A DNA stretch of 64,000 nucleotides, from assembly GCA_965240325.2 (NCBI GenBank), contig OZ251240.1:248001-312000 (forward strand). Direction: 5' to 3'. Within the stretch, counting starts at the first letter, position 1, and each line of letters begins with the position of its first letter. This DNA is from Rebecca billardiae RCC1528. Taxonomy: Eukaryota > Protista > Haptophyta. The translations under genes were made by a program, and so were the position numbers. This document shows, piece by piece, positions 10,701 to 24,538 of the stretch. The notes beneath the pieces were generated by a model. The model saw nothing but the letters and a program-made list of their open reading frames with translations, had not been told where the DNA came from and ran no database searches.

Positions 10701-12799
10701 CCTTGATTGGCTGCTGCATCTGCACAGCGGACGGCGGCGTGTCCCCCGGGGGGCAGTTGGCGGCATCAGCCGATTGAGGGCTGTGGGACGAGCTGCTGGC
10801 TGTGAGGCATACAGTCTCTGCCGTCGGGCTGCCCGCGCCATCTGGCGTGGTCTCATTGTCCTTCCGCGTCGGCGGCGAGCTCAGGAGGTTGGAGGTGACG
10901 CTTGCGGACAGCTCACCGACGCGCGTGTCTGGCGATGAAGCAACCAGGGACTCGCTGCGCGCGCCGGCAGCATTCGCGCCATCAGCATCCGTCGGAACAG
11001 CAGCCACTGCGGCGGCGGCGGGCTCCTGCTGCGACACCAGCTTCATCATCACCCCCTGCGCGCAGCGTTTGCGTGCGCGTGCGCGGCGCGCGAGCGGCTG
11101 CGTGAGCGGCGCTGAGCGGGTGCGGCGCAGCGCGCGGAGACAGCGAGGTGCGACGCGCGCTGCGCACCGGCGGACTCGACGACGTCAGCGCGTCCTGCTC
11201 CGCCTCCACCACCATCGGCGCAGCGCTGCCCGGTGGGGCCGGTGACGCCATCACCACCTGAGCCATGGGCATCGGCGGCTGCGCGGATGCATCAGCTGAT
11301 GTGCCACAACCCGTCAGCTGCGCCGCCGCCGTTGGCGGCGTCTCAGGCTGCCGGCTCGGCTGCGCGCTGCTTGGCCCGCGGCCCGCGGACTGCTTGGTCT
11401 CACCCCCCATCGGCGCAGGGCTGCCCGCGCCAGGCGGCTTGATCTTCTGCGCGCCCGCGTGCGCGGCGCGCGAGCGGCTGCGTGAGCGGCGTTGAGCGGG
11501 TGCGGCGCAGCGCGCGGAGACAGCGAGGTGCGACGCGCGCTGCGCACCGGCGGCCTCGACGGCGTCAGCGCGTCCTGCTCCGCCTTAGCCCCCATCGGCT
11601 CAGCGCTGCCAGCGGCATGGGGCTGCTGGACCTGCGCGCGCGGGCGCGCGCGGCGCGCGAGCGGCTTCGTGAGCGGCGTTGGGCAGGGGCAGCAAAGTGC
11701 GCGGTGAGGGCGAGGCGCAGCGCGCGCTGCGTACCGGCTGCGACGGCGTCCGCACCGAGCCTGCAGGCTCCACCGCGATCTGCGCCACGCCGGCCTCGCT
11801 GTGTGGCAGCTCTTGCAGCGCCGCCTGCGCAGCTGCCGCACACTCCTCAGCGGCCCGCTGCGGCGTGTTCCACGCGGTGCAGGCGGTGGCATCAGCGGGG
11901 TGTGTGTGGGACGAGCTGCTGCCTGTGAGCACTTCGGTTGCAGCCGAACTGCTCGTGCCATCATCGCGCGCCGGTGGCGTGATGCGCGGAGCGGAGCTGC
12001 GTGGCTGTGGAACAACCGCCACTGCTTCCGCCGCGCGCAGCGCTGTCGGCGGCGTCGCCGAGCAGGCCGCATCCACAGGCAGCAAGCGCTGCTCAGGCGG
12101 TGCGCGCTCGTCCACGAGATCAGCGCCGACGAGGCCCCGCTGGTGCGAGGACACCGCCGCCGGTGTCCCCGGGCAGAGGCGCCGCGCGAGCACGCGCACG
12201 AAGGGCTCGCTGAAGCGCAGGATGTACTTGTCAGCAGGAGACGTCTCCTCCACGAGCAGCTTGTGCTCCAAAAACGGCTCGAGCAGGCCCAACTCGCGCA
12301 GCTCCTTGGCCGCCAGCTGCATCGCCTCGTGCGCGTTGATGTCGCTCCTCGCCGAGATCTCCACGAAGGGCCGGAGGCACGTCTGTTTCCACTGAGTAGC
12401 GCCCTTGAAGCTATCAGGTGTCCGAGGAAAGAGGTGGTGAATCTTGTTCGAGTCAGGCCGCGGTGCGCCCAGAGCAGTGCAAATCGCTACGAGGCGCTGT
12501 TTGCGCACCGTGGTGGGCGGGGCCGCATCGAGCGACTGGGCGAGGATGGCAAGCCCATCGCGCAGCTGCCCTGCATGTCCGCCTGCGACCAGCGTTTCCG
12601 CAGTGAGCATGGTGATCGACGGATGGACGCCGCTCAGCACGCCGACAACCGCGGCGACCACTTCGGGCGCGGAGCCGCATAGCTGACGGCGCTGCCTCTG
12701 GCCGAGCTTGACGTCGGAGATGCGGTCGAACGATTCGAGCGACACGCCGCGCCACAGCTGCGCCTCATCGGGTCCGTCGATCCGGTTGGGCGCCGACAT
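7761..12799 (-). CDS. Ser/Thr protein kinase with C-terminal kinase domain and long repetitive linker; predicted exons (minus) 12799-11735, 11631-11548, 11446-11168, 11055-10702, 10585-10502, 10400-10143, 10030-9677, 9564-9160, 9008-8582, 8470-7761; ~1339 aa
   Basis: Kinase motifs VVLKQI, LLREI, HDNVAKLYSAF (restored by removing intron 8471-8581), LEIEYANQGTL, IIHRDLKPENILL, KVCDLGIA, GSAGYMAPE and DVWAFG are present. Nine GT-AG introns keep one open frame. The start codon (MSAPNRIDG) and the linkage of the upstream exons are less certain than the kinase exons. Confidence 0.75.
7800..8790 (-). other. Domain: eukaryotic protein kinase catalytic domain (interrupted by intron 8471-8581)
   Basis: Subdomains II-XI are recognisable. 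The HRDLKPEN catalytic loop indicates Ser/Thr specificity. Confidence 0.93.
9677..11734 (-). repeat. Intragenic tandem duplication (~1.03-1.05 kb unit = 3 exons + 3 related introns, two copies)
   Basis: Exons VMMKLVSQQEPAA... (10030 and 11055) and ...GGETKQSAGRGPSSAQPS... (10400 and 11446) recur at offsets of 1025-1046 bp. Six introns share the start GT(G/A)CGCAGCGC. Confidence 0.85.
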
Positions 12800-13819
12800 C
12801 CAGCAGTGTACGTGGTGATGTGGGCTCAACCAGGCAGCCACTGCGTCCTCCCTCTGAAGCCGGTGGCCACGAGGACAACTTTTTGGCGGCCACGGGGGCC
12901 GCCCGCAGCATGGCGGCGCGGAAACGCTGACGAATGTCATGGATGAATACTCACAAGGAAGCCGGTCATATATGATCGCGTCGTCTATTCGCCGGGTAAA
13001 ACACATATAATACCCAATCCACTTGATATCAGGATCGAGAAGATATTGAATGACATAACACGCGGGTGCACTGCACGTACTTGCGGGTAAACGCAATAAT
13101 CGTAGCCGATGTGCGCCAGAAGAACATTCCAGGCAGCGGCGGTCTGGCGGCAAGCTGGTGCCACTGCCGATTTGAACGGAGCTGCACATTTCAAAAAGAT
13201 GCATCAGCATCAGTGTGACGAAAACGATGACTACGACGCAACTGCGACCATCGCACAGGCGGTCGTGCGGCGCGAGACACGCGTCGTGCTGGGGGCACGC
13301 CGAGCATTTACAACGTCAGGGCTGCCCGCCATACTCAGAGGGCTCACGACCGGAAGTCTGGCAAGTTCGTGCGCGTGCTCCGCATTGGGGCGCACGAACT
13401 TACCCGGCGAGCACACACAAACTTCCAAGTTCGTGCGTGCGCTGCCAGTGGCGCCACGACTCCTTGGCGCTGGCCGGGGTTTGCCGCGCGCGTGCGCGAG
13501 CGCCCGCGCCGCGTCACCCGTCCTGCGTGCTCTGCGCGCGCTCGGCCGCGTGCGACGCGGCGGAGTCGACACCAACGGCCACATTGCAGGCACGCGTGCA
13601 CTCGCTCGCGCGCACAAAAATGCAAGCGCGGCCATGGGGCGGCACGTGAGTGAGCGATTGGCGGCAGTGATGGCAACGGCCGGGTGGTTGGACGCACGCT
13701 ACCCGTGATGGCCTGTGACAGCAAGCGATGAGAAGAGCACTGCAAGCCTGATGCCACTGCTTTCCGAGCTGCTGCTGCGCTCGTGTCAATCGCGCAGCGC
13801 GAGGCTTGCGAGCAAGATT

Positions 13820-14520
13820 CGCGCCCAAGCCGCAGCCCTGTGGCCGCAGGCCTGCGGTGGCTCGTCAGGCTGCTGCTGCTGCTCGGCACAATCGCGCGTC
13901 ACGAGGCACGCAGACGAGCGGACGGCGAAGATGCTGGTCGTTGCATCCTCGTCAAGACCCATGCTCGCTCCGAGCCGCGCTGCATGCCGCGCAGCCGCTG
14001 CTTCACGGCGCCGCGCCCGCAGGGCTGAGGCTACGCGCCCGAGCCGCGGCCCTGAAGCCGCAGGCCGCCTGCGTTGTCTGAGCAGGCTAGGCTCGTGAGT
14101 GGGCGGGTGGCAGAGGCGCTAGTCTGCGCATCCTCACCAGCCACGCTCGCTTCGAGTAGCCGCGCTGCATGCCGCGGCGCCGCTACTCCTCACGCCCGCG
14201 CGCCCGCAGGGCTGAGGCTCCTCGCCCGAGCCGCTCCTTGGCTCAGTCGTGTGGCGCGAGGTTCGCGGGTGGGCGGGAGGCGGAGGTGCTGGTTGGCGCA
14301 TCCACGCCGCCCATGCTCGCTCCAAGCCGCGCTGCATGCCGCGCCGCCGCTACTCCTCACGGCCGCGCGCCCGCAGGGCTGCGGCTTCGCGCCCGAGCCG
14401 CAGCCCTGCGGCCGCAGGCCTGCGGTGGCCCAGCAGGCTGCTGCTGCTGCTCGGCTCAGTCGCGCGGCGCGAGGCGAGCGGGTGGGCGGGTGGCTTTGGT
14501 GCTGATTGGCGCGTCCTCGC
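13820..14520 (+). repeat. About 3-4 diverged monomers of the same satellite that forms 27260-64000
   Basis: Contains GCCGCAGGCCTGCGGTGG, GGCTGCTGCTGCTGCTCGG and CCCATGCTCGCTCC(G/A)AGCCGCGCTGCATGCCGCG in the same orientation as the main array. The last copy is near consensus. Confidence 0.9.
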
Positions 14521-14582
14521 CAAAGGAATCGATGAGAGATACAGTACTAGTAGGACGGCGGCAACTCCCGGTGCGCCGGAGA

Positions 14583-17347
14583 CCGGCAGCGCTAAATCAG
14601 CCCGGGCTGATTCAACGCTTATCTCAGCCCAGCGGCTCGCGACTTGGCCACCGTCGACTCGGAGCGCACGTCGCGCGTTGCGGCCCGCCCCCTCCATGGC
14701 TGCACGCGCTGCTGTGTGTTCGGTGGCCACAGGGTGAAGTGCGCTGAGTCTAGTGGCGGACGCCCAGCTCCACCCACCCCCTTCTCCCTGGCCCGCCCCG
14801 CCTGCCCTCGCCCGCATCGGATGCATTCCTCGCGTGTGCAACGGCCTCAGTCAACGCCATTGTTCCACCATCGATTCCGCCATCGACGGTCGCGGCTACT
14901 TGTACGTCGTGTACTGTACGTGTTTGTCGTGTGTAATCGCACGCATGTGGCCATGGCCCACGTGCAACAGTCTATACCGTATGCCGTTGCCCTTGTACCG
15001 CGTTGCCAATGTAATTGTATGTGCCGTTCGCGCATTGTTGCGGCCTGTGCTCACCCAGCTTATTGGCATACTTGCCAGTCACGCTCGACGCTGGATCAGC
15101 CAGTCATCGCGATCCCGTCAGATTGAAACGGTCCCTTCGCGCGGCGCACTACTCTGCGCGGTGGCTGCCGGTTGGCGGCTGCCGGTTCACGACCGAGCTT
15201 GGACCATCGGCTGACAGCGCTGTGGTGTGCCGGTGTGCGGCTCGCTGCGTCTCCAGCGCGGCAGGCACTTCGGCAGAGTAATACACTGTCGACGGTCGTG
15301 GCGCCGCAGCTGGTGGGCTCGCCGGAGCCATCGCGTTCGCAGCTTTCGGCGCGCTTGGCGAGCACGCCAAGGTCGCCCACACAACGGCCGCCGCGCGCGC
15401 CGCAGCCTTCTTGCGCGCCGCAGCCGGCGAGCGCGCCGCGGCCGGCGAGCGCGCCGCGGCTGCTGCGCGCGCCTGGCTGGCGAGCGCGCCGCGGCTGCCG
15501 CGCGCGCCGCGGCTGGCGATTGCGCCGCGGCTGCCACGCGCGCTGCGGCCGGTAAGCGCGCCACGGCGGCAGACTAGCGTGCCGCGGCAGTCGCGCCCCG
15601 CGGCCGGCGAGAGCACCGTGGCTGCTGCGCGCGCCGCGGCTGCCGCGCGCGCCGCGGCCGGCGAGCGTGCCGCTGCGGCTAAAGACCCTTCAGGAAAGGT
15701 TGTGGCCCCGGCTTCAGTGGGTTCCCACTGGCGGCATGCCGCCCGGCTCGTCCCGCCAGCGCACCTCGCCTACTGTGCGCGCTCAGAGTCGCGGCGCCAT
15801 CGCCGGATCGTCCGCCGGGGTGGATGGTGGGCAAGTAGACACCAATTGGAAGGGCATGCGCCGCTTCGGCATGCTGTCATCCGTCGTCTCTGCCACCTTG
15901 TCACCGACGCGCGATCTGCAACGCAGTGAACCGCAACAGCTTGCACGCGCTGCTCTTTGCACTACGCCCGAAATAGGCGTGAGTGCGTGCTGATGCCGCC
16001 GGAGCAGCAACACGCAACGCTGTGACGTCTATAGAGAAGAGACGAGTGGCGGATGCGTCCCGTAGCTGCTCCCATTTCTATTTTGAACGGTGTGTGTGAT
16101 GACGATCGGCTCCGATGGCTGCCGCGTTGCTCACGGTGTGGCTTACAGGCTGTCGTGAGAGGCGTGAGAGGGCTACTCGGCCGCATGGTGGGTATGGGGC
16201 GCTGCCAGGGCCTCATTAGCGGCGCTCAGGCCGAACAGCGGCGCGTGACGTTGCACTCACGGCTATTCCGAGCGGCCCTCGTCCGGGCGGTCGCAGTGGG
16301 GCCACAACCTTTCCTGAAGGGTCTTTAGGGAGCGCGCCGCAACCGGCGCGGATGGTGCTGCCAGGGCTTGCACCACCGCGACCGGTGAGCAGGCCGCAGC
16401 CAGCGTGCGTAGGTATTGGCGAGCGCGCCGCCGCAACTGGCGAGCGCGCACCTCACGGGCCACAGATACCCATCATTGGTCCAACGCCGCAGGTGCCCAT
16501 TAAGCCTGGCGTCAACACGTGACAGTTGCGCGATGAGGCTGAGCGTGCTCGCCGGCCGCTGCGCGCTCACTGGCCGTGGCGGCACGCTCGCTATCCGCCA
16601 CAGACTAGCCTTCGGTCGTCGCGCACGCGACGGCCGCGGCGCGCTGGTCAGCCGCGGCGCGCGCGGCGGCCACCGCGCGCGTGGCGCATGCGGCGGCCGC
16701 TGCGTGCGTGCGGACCGCGGCGCACACCGCAACCTTAGCGAGCTGTCCGTGCGCACCAGCCCCCGAGCCGCGGCACGCGCTGCGAGCTTGGCGTGCTCAC
16801 CGTGCGCGCCGACAGCTGCGGGCGTGCCGGCGCCGGCGCGCCCACTAGCCGCAGCGCCATGATCGTCCATGGAGCTGCGCCGGTGCCCTTGCCTGTGCCG
16901 CTGGCACCGGTACGCCCGCGCGCGGCGGCCGCGGTGGCAACGTTCAGCACATTTTGAACAAAGTGCAATGGCAACAGCACACGACCGACTGAAGCGCACG
17001 GGCCGTCTTCACCCGCGTGCGACTACGCGCGCGGACATGGTCAACTGGCGACCGTCGATGGTGCGTCCACGGTGTTGGCTGCATGCTTCTCATGCGGGCA
17101 GCAAGTCCACGAGCCGAGTTGCCGCGGTGGAGTTGCATGCGCGAGGAAGGCATCCGATGCGGGCAAGGGCAGGCGGGGCGGGCCAGGGAGAAGGGGGTGG
17201 GTGGAGCTGGGCGTCCGCCACTAGACTCAGCGCACTTCACCCTGTGGCTGCCCACCGAAGACACAGCAGCGCGTGCAGCCATGGAGCGGGCGGGCCGCAA
17301 CGCGCGACGTGCGCTCCGAGTCGACGGTGGCCAAGTCGCGCTGCCGG
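14583..17347. mobile_element. Foldback-type non-autonomous element (element 2) inserted in the left TIR of element 1
   Basis: Termini CCGGCAGCGC.../...GCGCTGCCGG with ~210-bp TIRs (14583-14842, carrying a ~48-bp insert, vs 17133-17347). Flanking direct repeat CCGGAGA (14576-14582, 17348-17354; 9-bp parse GCCGGAGAC). Further internal inverted pairs at 15291-15376/16782-16867 and 15680-15709/16298-16328. Confidence 0.78.
15390..15680. repeat. Degenerate GC-rich minisatellite (GCGCGCCGCGGC(C/T)G-based units)
   Basis: Repeated GAGCGCGCCGCGGCCGGC / GCGCGCCGCGGCTG units. Confidence 0.65.
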
Positions 17348-17352
17348 CCGGA

Positions 17353-18130
17353 GACCGAGGTCATAATACCGACTCCATCGTGCCGGGGGCCGGCCGAGGG
17401 CCGCTGAGTCCCGAGCGACGCCGAGGCCGCACCCTCCCTCCCGCTCCCGAGCGCCGCTCCGCCGCGGGCGTGCACGCCGCCAATTCGACGCGCGCGGCGC
17501 TGCCATGCTGTGGACGCTTTGGCCGAGTCGTCGGCCGACTGCCGCCGCGCCCGCGCCCGCCGCCGATCCCACCGGGTGCGCCACGCGCCGCGCGGCACGC
17601 GCGGGCGCCGAACCAACCGGCGCCGCCGCGAGCGCCCGCGTGAGGGGCGAGAGAGGGGGAAATTTGCGGGTGTTAAGCTTTGAATGTGGGATTGGGTCCA
17701 CTGATCCCCCCCACAGACCTTCACACCCGCGAAAATGTCCCCAGACCGTGCGCTCACTACGCGCGTATGCTACCTTCCTGAGTGCAACAAAGCTGGTTGT
17801 GCACCTCTGCATGCGCCGTCGCCCGAGTCGAGAGAGCGGATATTTCGCGGGAGTCTTCGTTTGGTCAAGGCCCCTTCCCGCTACTCTGGGTATACATGCC
17901 CGAAGACCCGCGTTCTAGCGTGCGGGGCGCGAGCAGACCACGACGCGCACACGCGGCGCGCCTTGGCACAATGCACCTGGCCATGCGACGCCCGCGCGAG
18001 CGTCGTCCGAGACGAGAGAGGGGGCTATTCGCGGGTGTCTTTGCTGCTTTGGAGCGTTGTGTGCATGCCCTTGGCACGCACACCTTAACACCCGCGATCT
18101 GTCCAAAGATCGCGCGCTCACGACAGCGCG
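17353..18130 (+). repeat. Left long inverted-repeat arm of element 1
   Basis: Reverse complement of 26442-27224. Mirrored ORFs (e.g. 17735..18088+ and 26484..26837-) are nearly identical. Confidence 0.93.
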
Positions 18131-18343
18131 TGCGCGCCGCGCGTTGTAGACAAGCGAATGCAGACCGCCTAGCCCAACCAGCGTTCGGCACTGGCGGATA
18201 TCGACGATGCTGAGTCGCGGTCGGAGAGAGACGATGGCAATCACATGGGTCAGACTGTAGACTCGATCTAGAGTCGGCCGGCACATACAACAAAGGCTTC
18301 GGACTAGCTGCTAGGCAGCGTGCGCAACGATGATGACGGATTG

Positions 18344-20753
<2,410 letters not shown>

Positions 20754-20775
20754 ATATATATATATATATATGATT

Positions 20776-22735
20776 AAACTTTTCTGAGGATAGCGCACCA
20801 GCAATTTCCCTTGACCGTCATCCGGATTTTACGGAGGCCGCGTTTGGACGCAGAAACGCGCGATGGAGAGGCCCGCCCTCGCACGACCGCGCTCGCGAGA
20901 TCGCGACCGTGTGACCTGCGGCGCGGCGCTCGACGCGCTCTTTCTGCTCGGAGGCCGCGAGGACACCCAGGTGCGCCAGCTCGCGAGCGCGCACCTTCCT
21001 CCTCGCCGCGCTCGTCGAGCACGAGCCGATCTGCAGCACATGTGCAAAGAGCCGCATGTGGCCGAGCTCGCGCGCGCGGCACGGCTGCACACGGAAAGGG
21101 TTAGCTGGCCCGATAGTCCGCGATGCAACAATTGCCGGGCGAATAACCGGATCATCGGATTCGGGCCAGCTAACGAAATCTCAGTGTGGCTCATGATGCA
21201 CGCGCAAAGGAGCACTGCACAGGGTGCGATTGGGAGTATTCCTTCTCCCGGGCGGCCACCACGGCCTCGGAGGTGGTGAGGAACGCGTCGGCGACCACGG
21301 CGTGGACCACCTCCGTCGCGCCGGACACTCCGGTCGCCCCTCGCCGGACTCCATCCTCGCTGCGCGCTGACCGTTTGCCGAGCAGGCGGCTCTGCCGCCT
21401 GCCCGGCGCGTGCCCGGGTGGTGCCACAAGGCGGGTGCAGACGTGGCAGCGCGGTGGTGCGTGCGATCGGGGGACCCCACCTGAGCTACGACACGGGCGC
21501 GCGCGCTCATCCGTGCTCATCACGGTGGTGGACGCGCGCGTCGCGCGCTTGTCGGCTGTCATGGGCTGACGGCTGGGCTGCTTTTCGATGTCGGCGGCGG
21601 CCACAGCTCGCTAGTACGGGCGCGATGGAGGCTGCGAGTGGTACGCTGCGTTGCACCAGATCCGTGTGCGTCACGCACGACGCTCAGCCGGCTCGCCCTC
21701 GGACCATTGGCTGAGTTATACTCGCCGCGCGCGCCGCGCGCAGCAGCTGCCCGAGGGCTGCTCGGGGTGCGAAGCGCGCCCCGCGCGCTGAACGTGGGCG
21801 CGACGAGGTGGTGCGGCGAGCATGCGCGGGTGTGTGCGCGTGATGGGCACCCCCATTGCGCTACTTGCCATGCACATCTGCCTCTCGCCAAGCCTTCGAC
21901 ACGATTGCTGCAAGCGCTGCTCGAAGGCGCGCTCGCAGGCTCGCGCGCGTTTGAATCTGGGCTCGGCGGCGATCGCGTGGACGAGGGGCAGCGCGGTGCA
22001 CGGTGGCGGAGCGCGTGCGGAGCGCAGCCTCCACCTCCTACACGCTTCATCCAGACACATCGCGCATGCTCGCGCGACCTCCTCGGTCCATCACGCACGC
22101 CTGCGCGCGCGAGCACGTGTGCAGCCGCCAGGCGCGCGCACGGCGCGCCGCGTTGGCGCGCGCGCACCGATGCCCATGCGCAGCTCGACGAGCGAGCGTG
22201 GTGTGTTTCGATGCGTATGGGGAGGCTCGAATTTACGCGCGCGCACGCGCCGGCCCTCGCCGCCCCTTCGCTCGCCCACGCCTCATCTGTGCGCTCGGCG
22301 TTTGCAGGCAGCTGCTCATCCTTTCCAACACGTGCACAAACGAGCAGATAGCGCTGGGCGAGGTCGATTGGTGCGTCAGATATTCGGCAACGACCAGACC
22401 CGCGCGTGTGCCGCCACTCGTGCTACTCGTGACGACCACCTCTGGCTCCGTCGCGCGCACGAGGCTGCTCGCGGCCCGAATCGTGCCGTGTACCGTCAAG
22501 CTGTACCGTGCGCAGCGAGGCGCATTCAGACGTTGGCATGGGCTCGCATGCGAGGGCCCAACAGTGCGACGCGTCGATGGAGCATGCTCCGGATACGCTT
22601 CGGCGCACTTCCCGACGCGCACGAGCCGCTCGAAGGCGCGGAAGGGCTCCCAAACGGGGCATCCGCCATTTTGCGCCACTTCGGCCCGGATGGCGGTCAA
22701 GGGAAATTGCTGGTGCGCTATCCTCAGAAAAGTTT
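20776..22735. mobile_element. Putative non-autonomous DNA element (element 3) bounded by 50-bp inverted repeats
   Basis: AAACTTTTCTGAGGATAGCGCACCAGCAATTTCCCTTGACCGTCATCCGG (20776-20825) matches the reverse complement at 22686-22735 with one mismatch. No TSD or transposase is visible. Confidence 0.6.
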
Positions 22736-23424
22736 GGCGGGCCGTAGGTCCGCCCCTCGTAGTGCCCGGGAAAAAGATAAGAAAAAGAAAAAGAAAAAAG
22801 AAAATCGCCTCGCAAAGAAAAGAAAATCGCCTCGCTCACTGCCGGGTCGCTTCGCTCGCGACTACCGGGCGCCCTCGCAGCTCCCACTGGGGACGCTCGG
22901 CCAAAACCATCTTCCGCCTGGCGCGGAGCGCGTGGGCGGCGCGCGCCAAATCCAACGCCAGCGCGGACATCGTGAGGGGACTCCCGAACGGTGTTTTCGC
23001 CCGATTCGCGATTGCTGCCCTCGTCGTCTCGCGTGCAGGTCGAACGGGGGCCAAAGTCGACGCGTTTGGAGGCACGCTCGGCGCGTCGACAGGATCGTGC
23101 GACCTGGGGCGGTCCTCGCCCGACTTGCACGTCGAGCGCTCGCACGGGCCATAGCATCAAGCGCTGCGCTCGACAACCACCTCGCGCGATCCACCGCCGC
23201 GCGTCGAGTTCGGTGCGGAGAGGCCCTCATCACGAGGTGTCTCGCGGGCGGGAAGCGCCATCGCACGCGACGCAAGCTTTGGCGCGGCCTTCTGAACTCG
23301 ATCGCCGGAAACGGCGCACCGGACTGTCGCGTGCCACAACTTCTCAAAGCCGGGCGCATGCAAATCCGTTTGCTACAGCTGTACCAGTTCCCGGCCAAGC
23401 CGAAGGGCCGGCCCTTGTCCCGGC

Positions 23425-24538
23425 CAAGGGGAGTCAGGGTACAGCACGTCCAGTTGGGCTGCAGCTGGAGCTTGGGTACAAAAGCTCCCGCGGCGCAGCG
23501 GCACTCGCCGCCGCCGCCGCCGTCAAGGGGCGGTTGTGGCGCGCACGGCGTGAGCCGCTGCGGGCGCTGAGGTGCGCGCGACGGCGGCGCGCCCGGCGGC
23601 GCTGCTGTAGGAGGCCACTGCCCTCCTCTCTGCCCCGCGCGCTTCGCTCGTCGTCGCCGTCTCCGCGCCTGCGACTCAGCGCGCACGCGAGCGCGGCACC
23701 GCCCGGCAGCCGGGGCAATCTCTGCCGTGACTGCGCATGTGCGTCGCGACCTGGTCGGCCCAGCGCGCGAGGCGCGTGCGGGCGAGGTAGGGCCAGTATG
23801 GGCGCGCGCCATGCCGCCTCAAGTAAGCCCATCAGAGCGTACAACAGGGAACTGAGCACGTGTGTCTGGTTGGCCGCTTGGACTGTGTTCAAGCAATGCA
23901 CGGGCCATCGTCGAGGCGATCTCGAGGCACTCAGTCAAAACGTCAGTTCAGCGCGCAGACGACCTGGGCGAGAGTCACTGACAATGTATGACTCGCATGA
24001 TCACAAAAAGCTCTGCAACTATCGCGTCTGTACGCCTACTGCCTCGATCGTGCACACTGACGTCTGCGCTTGGGTGCCGCATTGTTTGTCAACGTTGTCG
24101 ACAGAGATGCAAGGCCCGCGACATGCCCACCGGCGCAAGGTCGAGGCGGCATGGCGCGCGCCCATACTGGCCCTACCTCGCCCGCACGCGCCTCGCGCGC
24201 TGGGCCGACCAGGTCGCGACGCACATGCGCAGTCACGGCAGAGATTGCCCCGGCTGCCGGGCGGTGCCGCGCTCGCGTGCGCGCTGAGTCGCAGGCGCGG
24301 AGACGGCGACGACGAGCGAAGCGCGCGGGGCAGAGAGGAGGGCAGTGGCCTCCTACAGCAGCGCCGCCGGGCGCGCCGCCGTCGCGCGCACCTCAGCGCC
24401 CGCAGCGGCTCACGCCGTGCGCGCCACAACCGCCCCTCGACGGCGGCGGCGGCGGCGAGTGCCGCTGCGCCGCGGGAGCTTTTGTACCCAAGCTCCAGCT
24501 GCAGCCCAACTGGACGTGCTGTACCCTGACTCCCCTTG
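23425..24538. mobile_element. Long-TIR MITE/foldback element (element 4): ~396-bp TIRs, ~320-bp spacer, 7-bp TSD
   Basis: 23425-23820 is a near-perfect reverse complement of 24143-24538. Ends CAAGGGG.../...CCCCTTG. TSD TCCCGGC at 23418-23424 and 24539-24545. Confidence 0.88.

Noticed and set aside
10031-11734. Introner transposon family explaining the similar kinase introns
   Set aside because: Adjacent exon sequence is duplicated along with the introns, which favours tandem duplication. A genome-wide search would be needed to exclude introners fully.
12800-13210. N-terminal extension of ORF 11600..13210 (MLMHLFEMCSS...)
   Set aside because: Lower-GC sequence with a non-protein-like translation. 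It is more likely 5' UTR or promoter, with ATG 12799 as the start, though this is not proven.
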